A program made the translations under genes and the position numbers. DNA of 64,000 bases from the human T2T-CHM13v2.0 reference genome, Homo sapiens, in NCBI RefSeq assembly GCF_009914755.1, contig NC_060947.1, one strand, 5' to 3'. Shown here in pieces: positions 1 through 64,000 of this stretch. How positions within the stretch are numbered: position 1 is the stretch's first letter; each line of letters starts with the position of its first letter. The notes under the pieces were generated by a model. That model saw nothing but the letters and a program-made list of their open reading frames with translations, was not told the DNA's origin and did no database searches.

Positions 1-299
1 TTTTTGTTGTTATTTTTTAAACTGAGTCTGTGAACAATGGGCTGAAAGTATAAAAAAGGCAACCTTCCTTTTTTCTCCTCAACCCTGCACTTTAAAATGT
101 AGAATGTTTCTCTTAAGTCAAACTTGCCCATTAACAAAAGATTTAAACATGCCTTAGACTCTGCTGTGTCATGTACATTTCAGGAGCATTGCTTTTTTTT
201 TCTTTTTCTTTTGTAATATTCTTTTATCTTCTATACATCTATTGTTTTTTGATAACCTTTAATTTTGATATAGTTTTAAAGGCGTGCACAAAATGTTGC

Positions 300-930
300 A
301 AAAAAAGTACAAAAAATTTTGTATATATACCTTTACCCAGCTTTGACAATTGTTGACATTTTGCTCCATTTGCATTATCAGTCTCTTTCTCTCTCTTTTT
401 ATTTGTACATGCATATTTTTCCCTCAAACCATGTGAAAGTAAATTGGAAACATATTGCCCCTTTATACAAAATGCTTCGGTGTGTAATTCCTAAGAACAG
501 GGACATTCTCTTACATAACCACAGTACACTGATCAAAGTCAAGAAATTTAACATTGACACAATGCTCTTGTCTAATCCACAGTCCTTCCTCTGCTTTGGT
601 CAACTGTCCCAATAATGGCTTTTATGGCTTTTATGGTTTTTTTTTTTTCTGGTCTAGGACATTGTGATTTAGTTGTCACATCTCTATAATCTCTTTTCAT
701 CTAGAACAGTTCCTTACCCTTTCTTTGTATTTTTTTACCTTGACATTTTGTGAAGAGCATAGACTATTAATTTTGTGGAAGTTCCCTTAGTTTGAATTTG
801 TCTGATATTTTGCCATGATTAGATTCAGGTTATGCATTTTTGGCAAGAAGATTACAGAAAGGATGTTGAGTTCTCAGTGCATCACAGCAGAAGGCACATG
901 GTGTCTGTTTGGCCCAACTGGTGATCATCA
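300..930 (-). mobile_element. Old L1M (L1MC-like) 3' fragment
   Basis: Characteristic antisense 3'-end text such as tagattcaggttatgcatttttggcaagaa. Confidence 0.55.
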
Positions 931-1202
931 CACCATTGCTTTGTCATAGCAAAGGAAAGTTCTTTTAGCTTTATTTTTTCAATTTGGAAGGCATCTTGCA
1001 TTGCAGCAAAATTTTCTTTTTTACACAAGCATAACTAGAGGCTTTTAAATTATTTTTGATTAATTGCAAATAACCAAAGAGCAATAACCTAGGTTGCTTT
1101 TTTTTTTTTGAAGAAGAAGCAAGTTTAAAAAACTTGTGGAGTTTTACTGTCAACAAGTATACTTACACTGAAACAAAATCTATTACTTTCAGAGAAAAAT
1201 GA

Positions 1203-1603
<401 letters not shown>

Positions 1604-2847
1604 AATGAACATATTTTTAAAATACTGATATGAATATATCCTTAAAGTACAAGGCCTTTATAACTAACATTGTAATATGCCAGGCAATACAATATAACCA
1701 GAAGAGACATATGGCTTAGTGGAGAGGAGTGAATCCTAGCAGTGATCGCTACGTAATGATTTTAGGCAGATACTCAAGAGTCTGACAGAGGGCAGTCATG
1801 GGACTGGTTGTGCCACGGGGAAGAAGTTGAAAATGGAGTTTCAAAAGATTTGAAAATCAGAGTTGGGTCAACACGCATAAATTTACTTGCTTTGAAGACG
1901 TTGAAATGGGATCCAGGAACAGGAAAAAAGAATATTTATTGTTTTGCCTTTGCATGCCAAAATGTAATCTCTCTTTTTCTTCTAGACTTTCCTTAAAATA
2001 ACAGTTGTCTGCATGTAGAATGAGTGTGTTTTAAAAGAGCCATTCAGGGCTTTTTTCGATGCTCATTTCCTGTACTGAGTAGCAACATGATGACAGACTA
2101 GAAATTCTACTGACTGAGTCAGACTGACCCTGAAGCCAAGCCTCACTCTGCCACAGACTGGCATGAGGCCTTGAGCAAGTCACTTGACCTCGGTGTCTCA
2201 ATACTGTATTTAAATGAGAGAATGAACCTTGCGGGGTTTGGAAGGTTAGAAATAACACATATAAATAACTCATAGTACTTTACAAATGCCGTGGTCTATC
2301 CTAGGTATTCAATAACGGAATTTAGACGTGAGGACAATTTCATGAAAAGTTTAGTTTAATGAAAAGAGCTCTGGTCTGGGAACCAGGACACCAGGGTTCT
2401 GGTCCCTTTCTAGTTTATTTAACTAGTAAGCTCCTAACCTTGGCCTCAAACGTTTTGGACTGTAGTCCCATTAAGCAAGGAGTGTTGGCGAGAGAGAAAC
2501 AGGTCAAGTTCTTGGGGAGCTGGCAGGGAGCTAACATGGTACCATTAATACAAGTTGGGCTGTTTTTCACTGGCAGGCTGAACACTGTGCTGTGGAAACA
2601 CGGAGGTGAGCGAATGAGTGCGCAGCTCTGCCTGGGCCAGGGGGCGCCACTTGAACTGGGCCTGCTTGAATGCTCCTGTATGGATTTTTCCACTGGAGAA
2701 AGGAGGGTGTTCCAGGTACCCAAGATTTAGCAGGTGAAGAGACAGGGTGCTGCCACCGTGCAGAATGGTGCTTCACATCAAATGCCACTGCAAGCAGCTT
2801 CTGAGACTGCCCCTGACTATTAAGTTGTATCAAATACATGTTAAGTA

Positions 2848-3160
2848 GGCCAGGTGCGGTGGCTCATGCCTGTAATCCCAAGCACTTTGGGAGGCTGAGG
2901 TGGGTGGATCACTTGAGGTCAGGAGTTCAAGACCAGCCTGGCCAACATGGTGAAAACCCATCTCTACCTAAAATACAAAAATTAGCCAGGCATGGTGGTG
3001 TGCATCTGTAATCCCAACTACTCTGGGGCTGAGGCCAGAGAATCGCTTGAACTCGGGAGGCGGAGGTTGCAGTGAGCCAAGATCATGCCACTGCACTCTA
3101 GCCTGGGTGACAGAGGAGACTCTGTCTCAAGAAACAAACAAACAAAAAATAGAAATAAAG
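2848..3160 (+). mobile_element. Alu (AluS-like)
   Basis: Full dimer with A-rich tail. Confidence 0.93.
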
Positions 3161-3943
3161 ATACGTAAAAAGTAAGGAGTCCTGAAGGAGTGTGACACCT
3201 GCATAACAAAATCTTCAATGGAGCTGCTATTTAATGAATACTAGTCATGTGTCAGACACTGCCCTCAGTGTTTGCCAGGTATCTATTCATTTAATTCTCA
3301 CAATAACTTGATGAGGTGTTTATTACCTCGATGAGGTAATTATTAGCTCCATTTTAGAGAGAGGGAAGGAAGCACAGAGAGGCTGATGAACCTGTACACT
3401 GTCACACAGCTAGTAATAGGTAGGGGTAGGAATTTCACCCCAGAAGTTGTTTGGTGGAATTAGGGAATAGCTTCAGAGAGCAGGGAGAGAGGACACCCTC
3501 CTCCAATCGCACACACATTGATGGGGACGGGGGTGCCTACTGGTGGGAGGTAAGCAGACTCATACACCTGAGGTTCGTGGAGTCCTAAGAAAAGTGGAGA
3601 CACTTTGGGACAACTAGGCAGGGCGATCAGAGTCAGCAAGGTGAGGGGGTAAACAGCCTGACTCCTGAGCCACCCGCTTGGGTTCAAGTCCTGGGTCTCC
3701 AACTTTCTAGCTACCTAACCTCTTTGTGCCTCAGTTGACCCATATGTTAAATGAGGATAATTTCACCTACCTCTTAGAACTATTGTAAGCATGAAATAAT
3801 TTTGTTTTGGAAGCTGAAGAAGGTATCAAAGCAGGTAAGTGTTAGAGGAGCTGGCCTCACCTTCCTTGTGGCCCAAGAAAGATATTTACCCCAGGGCATT
3901 CTATAGGCTTCACTGGTGAGATGTCTTTCCTCTTAGGCCATCA

Positions 3944-4285
<342 letters not shown>

Positions 4286-4644
4286 TTAAACTTTGTGGTG
4301 AAATGAGAGAAGACCTGAACTTAGGGGTAGTGGTGGTCTTGGGGCCAAGACAGAGAAAAACGTTTCTTTCAGTCTCCACAGGCACTTGTAACACTTGTAA
4401 CACTTGTAAAGTGCTAGGCCTCTGGGTTATAGGATTATCCCCACCTGTCCACACATCTCTGGGAAAACCACAACCAGGTAGCTGGTTTCCCAGCAGCCTT
4501 CATTTTTGCTTTTTTTTTGGCCAACACCTCACTTCAATTCCCTCCCATTAGGCATTTACCTGAAATTTTTGGGTGATGAAGTCTGCTTATTAAAAATTAC
4601 TATACAGCTTTACCTTTCAAAGTTGGTGTGACTATAAGCTGCTT

Positions 4645-5370
4645 CTTTTTTTTTTAATTGAATTAAAATGAAATAACATCGAATTAGCCACTTGAAAGTG
4701 AACAATTCAGCGGCATTTAGCACATTCACAACGTTGTGCAACCATCACATCTAGTTCCGAGACATTATCGTCACCCCAAAAGGAAACCCTTACCTATACA
4801 GCAGTCACTTCCCCTGTCCCCCCCGCTTCCTGTCTCTATGGATTTACCTATTCTGGACATTCATATAAATGGAATCATACAACATATGGTTTTTTGTGTC
4901 TGGCTTCTTTACCTTGGCATGATGTTTCTGAGGTTCATCCATGTTGTAGTATACATCAGGACTTCATTCTTTTCATGGCTAGATAATATTCCATTGTATG
5001 GCTCTACTACATTTTGTTTATCCATTCATCTATTGATGGACATTTGGATTGTTTCCACCTTTGAGTATTGTGAATGACGGAATAATGTTGCTATAAACAT
5101 TCGTGTTTTTGTTTGAACACCTGTTTTCAATTCTTTTGTGTATATACCCAAGAGTGGAGTTGCTAGATCATACAGTTACTCTGTTTCACCTTTCAATAAA
5201 CCGCCAAACTATTGTCCACAGCAGCTGCACCGTTTTACATTCCCGCCAGCAATGTACGAGGGATCCAATTTCTCCGCATCCTTACCAACACTTATTTTCT
5301 GGCTTTTAAAATGTGTTTCTTTATTTACTCACATATAGCCATCCTTGTGGACGTGGAGTGAGATCTATTG
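4645..5370 (-). mobile_element. L1M (L1MB-like) 3' fragment
   Basis: Antisense L1 3'-end motifs (aatggaatcatacaacatatggt, tccattcatctattgatggacatttgg). Confidence 0.75.
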
Positions 5371-5435
5371 TGATACAAACCGCTTTTTGATTTGACAGTG
5401 GTTCTCTTGGCTTTACACTGGAATCTCCTGGGTAT

Positions 5436-5466
<31 letters not shown>

Positions 5467-5622
5467 CAATCCCAATGCCCAGGCTGTACCTGGGGCCAAT
5501 TTCATTAGACACTAGGGCTAGCCCCAGGCAGTGGCAGTATGTTTAAAGCTCCCAAGGTGATTCCAGTGTGCAGCTGAAATTGAGAATCGCTGTAAAGATC
5601 CTAGCCCCCTATTGCTTACATA

Positions 5623-5977
<355 letters not shown>

Positions 5978-6699
5978 TGAGTCCCACATTCATCTGAAAA
6001 AATGGCGGGGAGTGATCCAGATCTTTGTCAGCCACTCTAACCCTAATAGCTAATGCCAAGTTTTTAAGAGGGGAAGTGATTTCACCACAGCGGCACACAG
6101 GGGCCAGGGAGGCAGAATGTCTCCAAGGGTCCCAAATGAACTGGTGAAAAAAAAATTATGTTAAAAAAAAAAAAGAAACAAAAGGCTTGATGACCAGGGC
6201 AGCTATTAAGGACTGCCAACCCCCATCAGCTCCCTCACCTGCCCTGCAATGAAAGTTTGGGACAGCAGCATGATGGGTGGCCTTACAGTGCAGGCCAATA
6301 GCCTATGGATATTTCCAATTAGCACCTCAGCTACCCAGCCACTGCCACCACCACCACCACCACCACCTCCTCCTTTTTAACAGAGGGCTCTTTTCTGCTT
6401 TTGACTTCCTTCTTCCCAGTACACACTTGCTCACTGTGTAGGACAATGTGGCTCTTTCTCTGAATTTTTAGAAACTCTGTTGCTGATGTCCAGCTTGGCC
6501 TGTCTGCTCAGAAGCAAGTGGGCCCATTTGAAAGGGAGGTAGGGATAGGACTAATACTTAGTACCAGCATTTTGCTAAGTGGGTCACCAAAGCTCTCACC
6601 CTAAGCCTGGACTTCATCTTGTTGTCTATATTGTCACTGCACTGTAGTCACACACTCCCAGGAACACACCTAGAGTTGAACAAGCAGTTTTCTTCTCCT

Positions 6700-7168
6700 T
6701 GCAGGCGGGGAAAACACATACCATGGGAATAGGGGCAGTGATGGGGCAGGGGCTCTCAATAAGAGGGTGCGAGAAAGGATGACTTAGAGGATTTGCACCT
6801 GGGTATGTTAGAGGCACCTGACAGCAATAACCTGTCAGGTGAGAATGACCCTGTATGTCAAGTGCACCTGAATGTGTGTTTGGAGTTCCCAGCATGGCCA
6901 ACCAGAGAGTCATTCCTTATCTATGGGGAACATCTGAACCTCTGGCCTGGCCAAAGCAGTGTGGGTCCTGAAGCGGATTGAGGCCCTTAGTTTAGGGTAA
7001 ATGAAGGTTGCCAGGTTGTTAGGGGGAGGGTGTTCTCCTGTTGAGCCCACTGCCACTGGATCGTCCCCGTATGTAAGTTACCAATAAACTCTATGTCTTT
7101 GAGTCTCTTCTTTGGCCGCTTGAACCTGGTGCCTTCCCTACTGAAGTTAATAGGCATCTGGCATGACA
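6700..7168 (+). mobile_element. Probable ERV LTR fragment
   Basis: LTR-like 3' end with AATAAA (7083) and a terminal ...TGACA; family not determined. Confidence 0.45.
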
Positions 7169-7169
7169 C

Positions 7170-8100
7170 TGTGTCAGGTGGTTTTGGGGAGCGTTTAGGG
7201 AAGCCAGGTGTTGCTCTGGATTGGGAGCTGGTGCAGGGGGCTGGGGTGGGGGGAATTCTGTGATTGGATGGTTTAATAAATGTCCTCTAGAAGCAGAGAA
7301 AATTAGAGCCAGGCTACAGCTGTGGTTGGTAAAGAAGTAGCAGTCACCCATATTAGCCAGGACTGGGGGGAGAGGTGGTGTTTGGTCATATTTGTGGTTT
7401 GGACAAGGCTTATGTTTTCTCTATATTCAGACATGATTACAGAGTGGTCTTGTTTGTGTTTTGTCCCACCCTGGTCATAGAGTGGCCTTGCCTGATGTTG
7501 GTGTTTTCGGGAGTTGTTTCTGTTCAACAGGACATCCAGGCACAGCTGTGAGTGCCTGGCCAGCTCCGTGAAGGCAGGACTGCTTTACTCTTTCTCAGTC
7601 TTCCTTTTCGGGCAAGAGTAGTCCAGCGGCAGGCTGCAGGACATGAATCCACGATATCCACATTTTCACCATTGGCAAGACTGTTTCAAGAATGCAGTCT
7701 CTAGTCGGACTAGGGTAAATCTAGTCTCTGCTGAGTCTTTTGTTGCAGGACGAGTTGCTGAAGTGTCTGATAACAGCTGTGCAGTATTTAAGACTCTGCA
7801 CAGGATCCACTGGTCGACTATAACACAATTACCACAAACAAAATGATTATTAGTCCTGAAACAGGCCTGGAAGCCAAGGGCCTAGATTATAAAACTCAGG
7901 TAATGAGAACATGTTCCTGAATCCAAATAGGTACTCACGGCCCAATTGGAGGTGTTTAAAAGAGGCCTCGAGCAGGATTATGTTACTGGTAAGTAGGACG
8001 TGCATTGGGAACATCCTTGCAATAACTCCTAATGTTATCCCAACAATGTAGGTTCCATATTGAGGCCAATTTAACTCTGATGCTGTGCTAACATCATGAA
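7170..8100 (-). mobile_element. ERV remnant: env-like internal segment + polypurine tract + 3' LTR
   Basis: Minus strand reads AAAAGGAAGAC|TGAGAAAG at 7608-7590 (PPT then TG). The upstream minus-strand translation resembles an env TM region (…LGPWLPGLFQ followed by a hydrophobic stretch). Confidence 0.55.
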
Positions 8101-8111
8101 GCATTTGTTGT

Positions 8112-8413
<302 letters not shown>

Positions 8414-8591
8414 AATGAAACATTTGTTAAACTCCACTTTTGCTATGGCTGTCTGATAAGTTAAGCAAAAGCATCTCAGGTTTTTCATCTCTGCTTTGTA
8501 CCTTGCAGGAAACAAGGCGAGGCACAAGTGCTGGGGATGAGATTTCAAGCCCGAGCCCGAGGGCCACCTGTGCTGCCAGACACAAGCTGCA

Positions 8592-8775
8592 GAGCATAAC
8601 CAGCTACGCAGTTTGCAGGCCAAGGGCAAAATAAAAACACGGGGCCCCTTGTTCGAGAGTTAAGAATTTCAAGATGGCAACAGCAGAGAATTAAACCAAG
8701 TGCAGGGCCCTTTTGATGTGAGGCCCACACTGGTGCTGAGTGGGGAAAGGCACACCTGAGGCCCATGGAGCCCTA
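8592..8775 (+). mobile_element. MER91-like hAT DNA transposon
   Basis: Motifs ggggccccttgttc...aagaatttcaagatggc...ttaaaccaagtgcagggccc. Confidence 0.6.
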
Positions 8776-9769
8776 CTGCTCCTGCAACATGCAGGACAAA
8801 GACAACTCTATTGTCAGTGACCTGACTCCAGGGGAATGGCAAGAAGTGAAGAACATCCCAGGAAGAAAGAGGAGCTGCAGACTGACATAGCTAACTGAAG
8901 GATGAGAATTGCAATAGCTAACAAAATTGAGAATCTAGGACACAGAGAAGAATGGTAAGACATGCAGAATAACAAACAGGTGGCCATGGGTAGACAAAAA
9001 TTAATGCAGGTACTAGAAAAAGATTCAGTTCTTAACAGAGAAAGGTCTGTTCAACAGACCCTTGTTGAACACTTGTGAAGACACTGCCCAGTTTTTGTAG
9101 AAAGGTGAAGAACTCAGCAAAACAGCCGTTGCCTGGGGGAAGAGGTGAGTTTAATATCCAGGTTCTTCGTTGCTTTTGTGGAGGTACATGAGTTCATGGA
9201 TTTAAATTTTGTCTAACCATTACAGCAATTCCTGTGGCCGTGAGAGGCACAAAAGCCTGACACGATGATGGAGGCATTTGCCCAGGGATATTGTCAGTGC
9301 AGTAAAGAATAATTTTAGTTCAGACGCTCATGCTGTCTCCCCTTTGCCATCATTTTGTTGAACAGCAGCCATAACCCCAGTGTCAAAAATAAGCCCCCCG
9401 CAAAGGCTATTGCCATTAATAGAGGCGCCAGTGATGGAGGAGTCCTGCTAGACAAGCAACTCCGGAGTCTGCAGTTTCCTAATTCAATATTAACAACAAT
9501 GCTGTCCTCTTACTGGCTTCTCCCTCATTTTATTTTGCGTGAAACTGTGGATAACGTAAATGCCCAAGCGCTTTCTATTCAGTCCTCAAATGCAAAGCAG
9601 ACCCTTGCTAATAATGGTAATAATCCGAATGGGTTTAACTGCAGCATTGTAAGAAAAGGCAGGCAGTACTCTTAGACTACAGGGGTGGATCTCATCATTT
9701 GATTTTCCCGACTCCGCCAGGAAATAAGAGGGGCCTTGGCTTGGGGAGAGGTGTGTGGGGAGGCGTAAG

Positions 9770-63675
<53,906 letters not shown>

Positions 63676-64000
63676 AGATCAGTAGCCCCTAATCACATGT
63701 GCTGCAAATAGCCTTCCTGACCTCCATATGCTGTACATGACATCAAAATGAGTCAGGCAATTGATTGTGAATTCCTTAAAGTTTTCCTTTTTTTAATAAT
63801 TATTTTTAATTTAAAAAAGCAAATGGAAAATGTATATTTTGATGAGCTTAGGGTGTTTTTTTTTTGAAAGTCAGCTGAAGGATGGTTAGACAGCACAGCG
63901 AAGACTGCTAAATGCACTGACCCCCCCCATTAGAATGTGATTTTTGTTCCTTTTTATTTCTCTGTGGGCTTTTGTTTTTGTTTTTGTTTTGGTAGATCTT
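63676..64000 (+). other. SMS: SMS 3' UTR (partial, U/AU-rich; no AATAAA seen inside the window)
   Basis: Follows the stop codon; several U-runs and TTTTAAT motifs. Confidence 0.9.

Noticed and set aside
4383-4410. Short tandem repeat (cacttgtaa)x3
   Set aside because: Simple slippage duplication; no spacers, not CRISPR-like, no functional context.

Overview
Primate genomic DNA, most likely human Xp22, carrying the complete coding region of spermine synthase (SMS) on the + strand. I assembled 11 coding exons by hand (49+121+94+65+176+155+90+115+80+116+40 = 1101 nt, 366 aa, MAAARHSTLDF...WVFYTVWKKAKP*), preceded by a TATA-less CpG-island promoter; the 3' UTR runs off the window. The rest is intron and upstream DNA dense in Alu, L1, MIR, MER DNA transposons and ERV LTRs, and almost all ORF-track entries are spurious repeat-derived ORFs. 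The most notable signals are post-transcriptional. (1) There are two minor-spliceosome (U12) introns, one AT-AC (intron 6) and one GT-AG (intron 10), plus an atypical intron 3 that may be a converted U12 intron. (2) An out-of-frame uORF in strong Kozak context overlaps the SMS start and only terminates after splicing into exon 2. (3) The terminal U12 intron begins with an in-frame 15-codon alternative C-terminus followed by AATAAA. (4) Exons 3+4 form an in-frame skippable module flanked by inverted Alus. (5) Intron 1 has a four-site AP-1 cluster. (6) Intron 1 also has a TSD-bounded composite L1/Alu/MLT insertion resembling a 3' transduction. No new gene system is evident. Repeat family names and most repeat boundaries are by eye and approximate.
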